From a virus (taxonomy: Duplodnaviria > Caudoviricetes), in the IMG/VR virus record IMGVR_UViG_3300025296_000026, positions 1 through 46,490 of that record: 46,490 nucleotides of DNA; one strand, written 5' to 3'. Position 1 is the first letter of the stretch; each line of letters opens with the position of its first letter. Position numbers and translations under genes: made by a program. The notes under the pieces were generated by a model that was given only the letters and a program-made list of their open reading frames with translations, was not told the origin of the DNA and did no database searches. Below, in pieces: positions 1 through 8,340 of this stretch.

Positions 1-54
1 TATCGCGCAGGATGCACAAGGGGCTCCCCTCGGGAATTAACAGAAAGGATTAGC

Positions 55-233
55 ATGACAGCATCACCGCCACGGGACATTACCGTTGAGGATTTACTCA
101 AGATTATTGGCGACAAGGAAGTGCAGAGTCTGATTATGTGAAATCAGTTTGCGCGGCGGCATGGACAGACGAAGCAAAAGAGACCTATAGAACGATGATG
201 ACGAGCTTGCCACACTTACAACCAAGGCCGTAG
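55..233 (+). pseudogene. Apparent out-of-frame fusion of two small tail-associated genes
   Basis: ATG 55 follows the RBS GAAAGGA and gives MTASPPRDITVEDLLKIIGDKEVQSLIM* (stop 141), a truncated paralogue of 242..418. A second frame without a good start reads AESDYVKSVCAAAWTDEAKETYR...PRP* (stop 233). Confidence 0.5.
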
Positions 234-241
234 GAGTAACA

Positions 242-418
242 ATGATTGAAACGCCGACCCTCCCCGACGTAACGATTGAGGACTTACTGAAGATCATAGG
301 CGATAAGGAAGTGCAATTAGCGAGACAGTCCGCGCATATCAAAGCCTTATCCGATAGGATCTTATCAAGTTCGGAAGTAGACGAACCTAGAAAGGCGATC
401 AAACAAGTCAGTGGATAA
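242..418 (+). CDS. Small coiled-coil protein (58 aa)
   Basis: Not in the ORF track. RBS AGGAG, then MIETPTLPDVTIEDLLKIIGDKEVQLARQSAHIKALSDRIL...SG*. Shares a motif with 55..141. Confidence 0.7.
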   Translation: MIETPTLPDVTIEDLLKIIGDKEVQLARQSAHIKALSDRILSSSEVDEPRKAIKQVSG

Positions 419-599
419 GCGACTAATCGTTGTGCGTGATTTGAAAGAACTAGGCAAGGTTTTGAATCTGCCAGAAAAAGTCGAAGACCTTGAGTCTGTC
501 GATGAACAGATAGAGATGTTTGATCATGGCAACAGTGGACGGCGATTGGTCAGAGATGAAACGTCTAGTTCTCACTCGGATGGACGAACACCGAGGTAA
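411..599 (+). CDS. Hypothetical protein
   Basis: GTG start overlaps the upstream stop; long 3' overlap with the next gene. Confidence 0.4.
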   Translation: MDKRLIVVRDLKELGKVLNLPEKVEDLESVDEQIEMFDHGNSGRRLVRDETSSSHSDGRTPR

Positions 600-780
600 G
601 CTAGAAGAGTTAGACGATAAGGTTTCCTCTATCAATACGCGACTTGCGATTCTTGCGGACCGCGAAGAGCGCGAGATGGTACTTGCGAAGTCTACGAGTA
701 TGAAAACAGCAGGTGTAATAGGAACCGTAGTTTCGGCTATCGTCGCAGGCTTGATCGGTGCGTTTGGCAGTGGCGACTAG
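526..780 (+). CDS. Holin-like protein (coiled coil plus one C-terminal TM helix)
   Basis: Heptad region followed by hydrophobic AGVIGTVVSAIVAGLIGAF; lies just upstream of the endolysin. ATG 526 preferred. Confidence 0.6.
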   Translation: MATVDGDWSEMKRLVLTRMDEHRGKLEELDDKVSSINTRLAILADREEREMVLAKSTSMKTAGVIGTVVSAIVAGLIGAFGSGD

Positions 781-782
781 AC

Positions 783-902
783 ATGGGCTTTGTCTTAGAA
801 TGGATCATTGTCTCTATAGGGTTCTTCGGTCTAATTATTGGCGTCGAAATACTTTTCTTGTGGCTTATGGTTGTTGTATTAGATAAGCGTGATCATGGAT
901 AA
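783..902 (+). CDS. Small membrane protein (39 aa) in the lysis cassette
   Basis: MGFVLEWIIVSIGFFGLIIGVEILFLWLMVVVLDKRDHG*; fills the gap and overlaps the endolysin start. Confidence 0.6.
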   Translation: MGFVLEWIIVSIGFFGLIIGVEILFLWLMVVVLDKRDHG

Positions 903-1416
903 GAGCATCGACGCGGTATTAGAAAACATCCTAACTCGCGAAGGATGGCCTGAGTACACCGTCCACCCGAATGATAAGGGTGGCCCGACAAAGGGCGGCA
1001 TTACCTTACGTACGTTAGAAGCATGGCGACACAGGCGATGCACTCGCGCAGAGTTACAACGTCTTACAGAGGGCGAAGCGTTAGAGATCTTACAACGTCG
1101 TTATGTTGAAACAAACGGGATAGATAAGATCAAATCATTAACGATACAAGCACAAGTTATAGATGATGCCGTACTGAGTGGTCCGCTTATTGCAGTCAAG
1201 GATTTACAATCAGCGATAGGGCACATTGCGATAGATGGGATTATCGGAGAGAAGACATTAGCGGGAATGAATACGAAAAGCGAAAAGACACTTACAACAG
1301 AAATAGCTATAACAAGAACACTGCGATTAATTCGGCATGTAAGAAACAATCCTGATCAGATAGTCTTCTTAGTAGGTTGGGTACAGCGGTCTCTTTCCTT
1401 CTTGCGACAGGCATAG
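895..1416 (+). CDS. Endolysin, glycoside hydrolase family 108 with C-terminal peptidoglycan-binding region
   Basis: REG...HPNDKGGPTKGGIT catalytic signature, DGIIGEKT, and C-terminal FLVGWVQR. Confidence 0.9.
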   Translation: MDKSIDAVLENILTREGWPEYTVHPNDKGGPTKGGITLRTLEAWRHRRCTRAELQRLTEGEALEILQRRYVETNGIDKIKSLTIQAQVIDDAVLSGPLIAVKDLQSAIGHIAIDGIIGEKTLAGMNTKSEKTLTTEIAITRTLRLIRHVRNNPDQIVFLVGWVQRSLSFLRQA

Positions 1417-1609
1417 CCCACGCGCGGAATCGTTGCCAGATTCCCTATACCTTAAAACTCTCAGCAACGCAATCCGAATTAAAATACAGGCTTTACTTTT
1501 TATTCAAGATGTAGTAGGCGTCGGGCTCGTTTCTCGTCAGATTCAGCCTCGCGTGCAGCCTCCGCTCCCACCTGTAAACCGTTGCAAACAATAGCGTTAT
1601 GTAATTCGC

Positions 1610-1638
1610 TTTACTTGTAGTTTAATTCATGTAATAAT
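1610..1638 (+). promoter_or_regulatory. Sigma70-type promoter at the start of the early region
   Basis: TTTACT (1610-15), 17 bp spacer, AATAAT (1633-38), with extended TG at 1630-31. Confidence 0.6.
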
Positions 1639-1644
1639 GATGTT

Positions 1645-2270
1645 GTTGATGTTCTTTGAAACTGAATAGCAGGACAGCAGGGAACGGGCCTCAACTCGAA
1701 ACTGCAACGCTGCAAAGGGTAAACGGCGAAGTCAATAGGCTGAGAGCTACTAGCGCAATCGTGAAGAGTCCCATCGGACGAAGCGATAGCAGGGTGCGAC
1801 ACTCAGGTAGCACAGATCGAAACCTTCAAACGAACCCGAACGCTAGACTGCAAGCGTAGCAAAATAAAGCAGAATCCTTACGGTAGCATTCAACGCACTA
1901 AGCGCATAATGCTGTATGGCAGGTGAAGGCGATAGGCTACAGGATCGAGGCACTCCATAGAGTGAAGGTCTTACAGTCTCAGGAAGCACAGACTGAGGCG
2001 GATAGCTCATATGAGATAGCGTAGTAAGTTAGTTACTCTTACTTACTTCGTTCTTATCATACGACCGAGGAACCTAACGGCGCTAGGTGTTGCGAAGTAG
2101 TCAGAACAGTCTCTGCTAGAGACTTGCTAGATGATAGCAACAGCGTATCGCGAAGAACTTCCTATAGTTGAAACGATACGGACTACAGAATAAGACTGCA
2201 ACGTGAGCGGCGTGAATATGTTGTTCGAGGGTCTGTTGTGGCAGACCCTCTATAGAGCATATTCGCTCTA
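1645..2270 (+). ncRNA. Large structured non-coding RNA or leader (about 600 nt, family unassigned)
   Basis: No credible ORF between the promoter and the first RBS; many stems, a multi-branch junction at 2097-2186, and an internal 15-nt repeat. Confidence 0.6.
1651..1668 (+). promoter_or_regulatory. boxA-like antitermination element
   Basis: GTTCTTTGAAACTGAATA resembles rRNA-leader boxA (GYTCTTT(G/A)AAA) and sits just after the predicted transcription start. Confidence 0.6.
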
Positions 2271-2288
2271 ACTAAGAAAGGCAAGATA

Positions 2289-2525
2289 ATGACAAACGAA
2301 GAAATCACTAATCTATTCAATGAAATCATAGCAGAGGAAACACCGATTATGGTTAAGCTAAAAGATGTAACGAAGGGCGAACTTATACGTATAGGAAAGT
2401 CTGTCTATGTGAAAGAAGACTACGATAGGACAGAAAAGAAATACATGGTTACTCGGTGGGATGATCATACAGCGTATCGATACGTTAAAGGTTCTAAGGA
2501 TGTAGAGATAGACTTCACTTTCTAA
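2289..2525 (+). CDS. Small early protein, paralogue of 2956..3180
   Basis: RBS GAAAGG; shared motif KLKDVTKGELIR...YVKEDYDRTEKKY. Confidence 0.8.
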   Translation: MTNEEITNLFNEIIAEETPIMVKLKDVTKGELIRIGKSVYVKEDYDRTEKKYMVTRWDDHTAYRYVKGSKDVEIDFTF

Positions 2526-2559
2526 TAAGAAACAAACAAAGAACGAAAGGAACAGACAA

Positions 2560-2940
2560 ATGCGATGGATAAGGCCAACGTCTAGATTAGCTATCTATCT
2601 CCGGGATGGGATGGCATGTGCGTGGTGCGGGTTCGCCATAGAAGATGGTGCAGTCCTTACATTAGATCACTGCAAGCCACGTATCAAAGGAGGGACAAAC
2701 GAACCCTCTAACCTCGTCACCTCTTGCGTCAAGTGCAATTGCTCTCGGCAGGATCGTTCTATGTCTTCGTTTGCAAAGTCTGTGAGTAAGTATTCAATGA
2801 GTAATGCGAAAGACATTATCAATCATATAGCAGTGACAAGGAAACAAGATCTAAGTAAGTATCGTAAGGAAGCGAAGGATCTTATGAAGCGCAGAGGGAC
2901 AGTAGGAACAACCTTAGAGTCTGCTATTGCGCAGATGTAA
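2560..2940 (+). CDS. HNH endonuclease
   Basis: RDGMACAWCG...LTLDH..PRIKGGTNEPSNLVTSCVKCN. Confidence 0.9.
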   Translation: MRWIRPTSRLAIYLRDGMACAWCGFAIEDGAVLTLDHCKPRIKGGTNEPSNLVTSCVKCNCSRQDRSMSSFAKSVSKYSMSNAKDIINHIAVTRKQDLSKYRKEAKDLMKRRGTVGTTLESAIAQM

Positions 2941-2955
2941 TAGAAAGGAACAAAC

Positions 2956-3180
2956 ATGGAAGCAATCAAAGTAAAAGACGTTAGGCGCGGCGAGCTTGTG
3001 CGATTCACTGATGAACTCGGACCCGTTCTATATATCAGAGAGGGCTACGATAGAGCAGAGGGTAAGTACTGGCTACAGAAATGGTCTTACATTGCGCCTG
3101 ATGCGGGAATCTTTTTGGACGGTTCTGAAAAAGTAGAAACGAATATAGAACTTACATTTAACCCGTCTAATAACAATTAA
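2956..3180 (+). CDS. Small early protein, paralogue of 2289..2525
   Basis: RBS GAAAGGA; KVKDVRRGELVR...YIREGYDRAEGKY. Confidence 0.8.
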   Translation: MEAIKVKDVRRGELVRFTDELGPVLYIREGYDRAEGKYWLQKWSYIAPDAGIFLDGSEKVETNIELTFNPSNNN

Positions 3181-3202
3181 ACACACAACAGGGGAACCAA
3201 CA

Positions 3203-3442
3203 ATGAAACTCTATAGGAACATAGTTCGGATTATCGTTGTATTGCTTCATCTCGTAAGGACTATTGATAGATGGGAGATGGAACTGGGTGAACTGGCAGA
3301 TCGTATGGATGACTTAGAAGGAACAGTAGAGCGGCTTGAAACGAGAGGCATGGAAGACATAGAAGAAGAAATAGAAACACGCATTGCGACTGGTCTTTCG
3401 GACTGTCTGAGGGATGCTGCGATTTCGATCAAACCCTACTAG
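3203..3442 (+). CDS. Hypothetical coiled-coil protein
   Basis: RBS GGGGA; acidic heptad repeats. Confidence 0.7.
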   Translation: MKLYRNIVRIIVVLLHLVRTIDRWEMELGELADRMDDLEGTVERLETRGMEDIEEEIETRIATGLSDCLRDAAISIKPY

Positions 3443-3464
3443 GAACGAGAAAAGGATCTAACAA

Positions 3465-4034
3465 ATGGATATTTTTATTACAGTAATCTATAGCGACGGC
3501 ACCCCCACATCCGATGTGGTAACGAATAGAATAGGCGAAACACAAGAAGCCGTTACTAGACTCGCAAGGCCAAACGCAGGGAACCATCTTGCAGACTGTT
3601 GGTATGTTCGATTCAATCTTACGGCATGGGACAAGGATGATCTCTTGCTAATGCCTGCGCCCTTCGCTCGGAATCTTTGCGATAGAGATTTCGTGATGCG
3701 ATTTGAATGTATCCACGACCTAATGGAAGTTCTTCGTATGATGACAGAAGACTACGAACGTGGTAAGTCTAGGATCGAGGGCATAAGATTGAAGCAAGAA
3801 GGCATGGTAGAGAATATGTGTTATACGCCTTGGGATGTTTTACAGTATGTGAAAGAAGAGAACCCGAAGCTAGAAGGCTTCCGGGTATGGGAAGTGAATA
3901 GGAAACAAAAACTAGAACTAGATCACATACATATCTCATACTCATCTCGCAACGATGACGTGATGGATTATGTCAGTAACGATGATTACGATTGTGCTTT
4001 AACCGCTGCGGAGCGTAACTCTACGCTTCGGTAG
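3465..4034 (+). CDS. Hypothetical protein
   Basis: 189-aa ORF with RBS AAAGGA. Confidence 0.75.
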   Translation: MDIFITVIYSDGTPTSDVVTNRIGETQEAVTRLARPNAGNHLADCWYVRFNLTAWDKDDLLLMPAPFARNLCDRDFVMRFECIHDLMEVLRMMTEDYERGKSRIEGIRLKQEGMVENMCYTPWDVLQYVKEENPKLEGFRVWEVNRKQKLELDHIHISYSSRNDDVMDYVSNDDYDCALTAAERNSTLR

Positions 4035-4252
4035 CCCCTATCACAATGCGCGCAGAATGTATATAGAAAAAGATCAGAAAAGCACACTAGACGTATAGCA
4101 CACAGAGCGAATAGCGAGAATGCTGCAAGGGGCGCAGAACTGGCCCTCTGCGGCATTTTCTCTTCTCTGCCCATACCCAAGCATTAAAACGTAGACAAAG
4201 CGCCCCACAGGGCACGCTAGCAGCCCTGTAGAGGCTATGAGGGTGTCAAGAT

Positions 4253-4636
4253 ATGCGGATAACCTACGAAATGATGCACGATAGATGCACGCAATTGAAC
4301 AGGATCGTTAACGGCTATGGCGGTGGACATATGATGGAAAAGGCAAGCCGTAGGGAGGGCTTACTGCAGGACCAAATAAACCAAGACGAGAGCCCTTACG
4401 AGGTAATAGAACAATTAGGATCATGGGCAAACCCAGACGCTAAAGGGCTATACATTCTGAGGAAAGGCCCGTGGAAAGTAGGAAGATTGAAAATGCCAGA
4501 ATACAAAGTGAAGTGTAAGACGAAGAGAGAAGCTTACTCCATTCTGACTTCTATGGTTGATGCTGCGCTAGCGACTGTTATAACAAACCTGCAAATGCGA
4601 AATTTTAGAAAGGAATGGGAAGGGAGAACAACATGA
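4253..4636 (+). CDS. Hypothetical protein
   Basis: 127-aa ORF; ATGA overlap with the next gene. Confidence 0.7.
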   Translation: MRITYEMMHDRCTQLNRIVNGYGGGHMMEKASRREGLLQDQINQDESPYEVIEQLGSWANPDAKGLYILRKGPWKVGRLKMPEYKVKCKTKREAYSILTSMVDAALATVITNLQMRNFRKEWEGRTT

Positions 4637-4998
4637 AAGAAGCAAGAAGACTAGGTATAACATTCAACATTACAGTTATCAATAATAAAGGTATGGCGAT
4701 TAGCAGGACATTCTATTGTGACGTTGGTACTGGCTGTAATGATAGTAACGACTCTATAGATTATATGTTTAGTGTGCTCGCCGAATGGTCCTATTCCTAT
4801 GAGGGCATAACTGCTATCTATGCAACCTTGCGCGGCGTTATGGAAGTTCTCAGAGAAGATGATGGCACCGTAGAGTTTAGAACGAGGGAATTATCAGAAG
4901 ACGATAGCAAGCCTAGAGTCTATCCATCCATAAAGCTTTTTAGGCATGACGTGGACGCAATGTATAAATCTGGAAAGTGGTCACCATGCGGACAATGA
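4633..4998 (+). CDS. Hypothetical protein
   Basis: ATG 4633 after GGGAG, coupled to the upstream stop. Confidence 0.7.
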   Translation: MKEARRLGITFNITVINNKGMAISRTFYCDVGTGCNDSNDSIDYMFSVLAEWSYSYEGITAIYATLRGVMEVLREDDGTVEFRTRELSEDDSKPRVYPSIKLFRHDVDAMYKSGKWSPCGQ

Positions 4999-5207
4999 AA
5001 TATTTACGCAGTGTAAGGAATTGGAAGTCATACGGTAACAAAGAAACAACGCTAGCACGGAAGCGTAGAGAAGAAGGTGAGGCGTATAGTAGGGTCTTAG
5101 GTGAGGCAGGCGGCGAACTGATTGTCTGCGATGATTGCGGGGCTATCCTACATAGCACGGTTCTAGAGAATGAAGCGCACTACAAATACTGTCCGCGTAT
5201 GCAATGA
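4977..5207 (+). CDS. Small Zn-binding protein
   Basis: CDDC...H..YC; the real start may be ATG 4995 (ATGA overlap). Confidence 0.6.
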   Translation: MVTMRTMKYLRSVRNWKSYGNKETTLARKRREEGEAYSRVLGEAGGELIVCDDCGAILHSTVLENEAHYKYCPRMQ

Positions 5208-5424
5208 GAAGGATCATATCTATGCAGGTTATATCTCGGGGTTCTGTTGTATCAATTGCGGATTATTGATAGTCGGTCCGCCGTGGGCGAGAGGCAAGAT
5301 CTTACCGCCGATTAGAAACAAGGAAACGATTGTAGACAATTTGAAAAGGGTTAGAAATGTTAAGCATAAGAACATGCAACGAAGAAGGAACGCGAAAACG
5401 TCACCCGAGCAAGGGATTGCATAG
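5170..5424 (+). CDS. Hypothetical Cys-containing protein
   Basis: H...CCINCG motif; start uncertain. Confidence 0.4.
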   Translation: MKRTTNTVRVCNEKDHIYAGYISGFCCINCGLLIVGPPWARGKILPPIRNKETIVDNLKRVRNVKHKNMQRRRNAKTSPEQGIA

Positions 5425-5623
5425 GCTGTTAGAATGGCTCAAGAATCCCAACGCATTCGACGAACGTTACTTGAGCGAACGTATAGGGTCGAAGCACTTG
5501 TATCCAACTGCGAATGAATCACTCGCAAGCCGATCAACGGAACGCAGGAAGAGTGTACAGATCGCGCTAAATAAAACCGAAGCACTGAGAACTATTCCGC
5601 TCAAGAATGAAAGGCAGGGTAGC

Positions 5624-5693
5624 AATTAATTACTAATAATTAATTATTAATAATTACTTATATATATATATATATATATTAATTATATATATA
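5624..5693. repeat. AT-rich tract with a (TA)~10 run and a 16-bp palindrome; candidate replication origin (unwinding element)
   Basis: Almost pure A/T; TAATTATTAATAATTA (5641-5656) is a perfect palindrome; all three + frames are closed. Confidence 0.6.
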
Positions 5694-5812
5694 CACACAT
5701 GCGCGTAAGGATTCTGTCTCATGGATAGCATAGAAATTATACGTGTAGCACTTGGGATTATTTGCGCGTGGTATGTCATGGAAGTCGCTATCGACGCGAT
5801 GAAGGAAGACGA

Positions 5813-6064
5813 ATGACGAATAACACTCCAGAGAAGATATCAGATATTTACGTGGCGGCAGATCTTATCAAAGACGTAGCGGAGGGACTAAATACGAAAG
5901 GCTTCGCCTGTGAACATTGCGGAACGATGCGGAGGCATTCACTCGTAGAGTATAGGACATCTTCAGAATTGATTCACCTGTCGAAGCGGTTGATAGATTG
6001 CGCCGTAAGAATAAAAGAAGGAAAGCTTAAGCGTATGGAATACCCGAAATCAGCGCATCGGTAA
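5813..6064 (+). CDS. Hypothetical protein with CxxC
   Basis: ATG 5813 after GAAGGA; CEHCG. Confidence 0.65.
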   Translation: MTNNTPEKISDIYVAADLIKDVAEGLNTKGFACEHCGTMRRHSLVEYRTSSELIHLSKRLIDCAVRIKEGKLKRMEYPKSAHR

Positions 6065-6066
6065 AT

Positions 6067-6100
6067 AGAAAGCCCGGAACCCTCCGGGCTTTCTTATTTT
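6067..6100 (+). terminator. Intrinsic terminator
   Basis: AGAAAGCCCGGA-accc-TCCGGGCTTTCT followed by TATTTT. Confidence 0.75.
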
Positions 6101-6113
6101 AGGAGCAAAATAA

Positions 6114-7691
6114 ATGACACAAGAAAACACTATCAATCAATTCCTATCTGCGCGTAAGGTCTCCACTCCTATCATTGCCATAGAAACACCAGATCAAGGC
6201 GCGACGTTTAAGGGTCTATTGAAAGTCTTAGGCACGGCGCGTGTCTATGGATGGGACGCGGTGCAAGGTTTGCGTATCTGTGCGGGTATCGAAGAAGACG
6301 AACACGAGGCAGAATGGGAAGTGCTATTAGCGTCTTGCCACGGTGAACATATGGCAACAATGAATCCTACGATAGCGTTGTCCTGTGTTCGTAACATTCG
6401 ATTAGATTCCTGCGTTGTTATGTTCAACATACAACGTCATTATGATGATCCCGGAGTCGCGCAGGCTATATGGAATCTAAGAGATCTCTATAAGGCGCAC
6501 GGTAAGACATTGGTCCTGTTGGTCCCGGAGTGTAGGTTACCGAATGAACTTCGGCATGATGTGGTAGTCCTAAGAGAGCCACTTCCAGAGTCGAAAGAAT
6601 TGGCACCAATGGTTGAGAACTTAGTAGTAAGAGCGAAAGATAGTTGTCCTGATTTCCCCGACTTAGATAGCAAGACGCTAGACGCTGTTACGAGTTCGCT
6701 TGCAGGGTTGTCTATGCAACAAGCTGAACAAGTCGCGGCTATGTCGCTCCGTAAGACGGGGATCGATCTAAGCACGCTACGAACGAATCAACGCAGACAA
6801 GTAGAACAGACGCCCGGACTTAGTATTGTGCAGTCTGACTCATTGTTCTCTAACTTACACGGTATGGATTCTCTAGTTGGATTCCTGGAATGCGTGATCA
6901 AAGGCAAGCGGAAGCCGAAGACATTTGTATTTGTGGATGAGATAGAAAAAGCATTTGCGGGCGCGTTCGGTCTGGGAGATTCCTCCGGGACAAGCCAAGA
7001 ACAGCATGGGTATATCTTGCAACATATGCAAGATACGAACGCAAGAGGAATCATACTAGTGGGTGGACCGGGTACGGGTAAGAGCGAACTTGCGAAAGCT
7101 TCTGGTAACGAAGGAGATTGTTGGACTGTTCAATTAGATCTTGGCGGTATGAAAGGATCGCTTGTCGGCGAGTCTGGTGCTATGACGCGGCGCGCCTTAG
7201 ATGTGGTAGACGCATTAGGACAAGGCGAGTGTTTCTGGATTGCTACGTGTAACTCTATCGAATCGTTACCGCCCGAGTTACGTCGGCGCTTTTCGTATGG
7301 CACGTGGTACGTAGAACAACCGAACGAGGAGTCACGGGCTAATATGTGGCACCAGTATAGGAAGCGTTTTGATTGTATAGACGATAGCAAGCCTGCGTAT
7401 GCCATCGCGAACTCGTTAGCTTCAGAGTATGAAGGGTGGACAGGCGCAGAGATTAGAACCTGTTGTTCTATGTCTGCTGATCTTGGTATTTCAATATGGG
7501 AGGCATCCAAGTACATCTCTCCTGTCTATAGGTCGAATGCGGAATCTATTGCACGTATTGAACAGTTAGCCGCGGGGCGCTTTCTATCTGCGAGGAACGG
7601 AGGGTTGTATAAGAATACAAAAGTTGCGGTCCCCGATGGTCTTATAAATCAAGTAACGGGTGAGCGGATTATTTCGATGGACGAAAGCTAG
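6114..7691 (+). CDS. Ycf46-like AAA+ ATPase with permuted motif order
   Basis: Walker B FVFVDEIEK (6924-) precedes Walker A GGPGTGKS (7062-7085); also LVGES, sensor-1 IATCN and LPPELRRRF. Confidence 0.85.
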   Translation: MTQENTINQFLSARKVSTPIIAIETPDQGATFKGLLKVLGTARVYGWDAVQGLRICAGIEEDEHEAEWEVLLASCHGEHMATMNPTIALSCVRNIRLDSCVVMFNIQRHYDDPGVAQAIWNLRDLYKAHGKTLVLLVPECRLPNELRHDVVVLREPLPESKELAPMVENLVVRAKDSCPDFPDLDSKTLDAVTSSLAGLSMQQAEQVAAMSLRKTGIDLSTLRTNQRRQVEQTPGLSIVQSDSLFSNLHGMDSLVGFLECVIKGKRKPKTFVFVDEIEKAFAGAFGLGDSSGTSQEQHGYILQHMQDTNARGIILVGGPGTGKSELAKASGNEGDCWTVQLDLGGMKGSLVGESGAMTRRALDVVDALGQGECFWIATCNSIESLPPELRRRFSYGTWYVEQPNEESRANMWHQYRKRFDCIDDSKPAYAIANSLASEYEGWTGAEIRTCCSMSADLGISIWEASKYISPVYRSNAESIARIEQLAAGRFLSARNGGLYKNTKVAVPDGLINQVTGERIISMDES

Positions 7692-7705
7692 AAAGGAATC
7701 AAACA

Positions 7706-8158
7706 ATGTCGCATGTAGCGAATGTAGAAGTAGAGATCAACAGTCTGACATCCTTAGAACAAGCCTGTAAGAATCTCGGGTTGAAATTCAAGAAAGGACA
7801 AAAGACTTACAAGTGGTATGGCAAGTTTATGAATGATTGGCATACGCAAGACGCCGCAGTGAACAACGGATATGACCCTGAGACATTCGGGAAGTGTGAA
7901 CATGCGATCAGCGTGCCTAATGCAGAGTATGAAGTTGGGGTAGTGCTCTCGAAAGGGTCCAAAAGCTATAGGCTTATCTATGACACTTTCGGCAATGGGA
8001 AAGAGATAGCGAGGCAGTTAGGCGGGGTTCATTTGCCTATCCTAAAAAGAGAATATGCGGTGGCTGTAGCAACTAAGCAATTAGCGATGAAGGGCTACGG
8101 TGTAAGTCGGACAGTTACCAAGGATGGACAAATTAAGATCACGGGGATGAAGGCATGA
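7706..8158 (+). CDS. DUF1257 / Ycf35-like protein
   Basis: MSHV..VEVEI.SL..LEQAC..LG and YEVGV...YRLIYD; usual neighbour of Ycf46-like ATPases. Confidence 0.75.
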   Translation: MSHVANVEVEINSLTSLEQACKNLGLKFKKGQKTYKWYGKFMNDWHTQDAAVNNGYDPETFGKCEHAISVPNAEYEVGVVLSKGSKSYRLIYDTFGNGKEIARQLGGVHLPILKREYAVAVATKQLAMKGYGVSRTVTKDGQIKITGMKA

Positions 8159-8340
8159 AAGAAATAAACATTCTTATTGATAGTGATGGAAACATAGAAC
8201 TCACAACGGAAGGATTCCAAGGGAGTGAATGCAGAGACGAAACACGCGAGCTAGAATGGTCACTTGGAAAGAAGACTGGCGACCAACCAACACGAGAGCA
8301 TTACATTACAAAGAAAGCGAAAGCGAATCTATATGGCTAA
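8155..8340 (+). CDS. DUF2997-like protein
   Basis: EINILIDSDGNIELTTEGFQGSEC...T..LE..LG...PT.E.Y. Confidence 0.8.
   Translation: MKEINILIDSDGNIELTTEGFQGSECRDETRELEWSLGKKTGDQPTREHYITKKAKANLYG

Noticed and set aside
1575-1599. Imperfect palindrome TAAACCGTTG-CAAA-CAATAGCGTTA upstream of the early promoter
   Set aside because: Too degenerate, and single-copy, to call an operator.
1656-1859. 67-aa ORF inside the structured region
   Set aside because: TTG start lies within boxA, there is no RBS, and the product has no recognisable features.
2097-2186. tRNA-like cloverleaf
   Set aside because: It is a four-way junction but lacks the T-loop GTTC, the D-loop GG, a 7-nt anticodon loop and CCA.
5357-5629. 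90-aa ORF as a replication initiator
   Set aside because: No RBS or HTH, it overlaps the upstream ORF, and it ends at the AT tract; probably part of the origin region.
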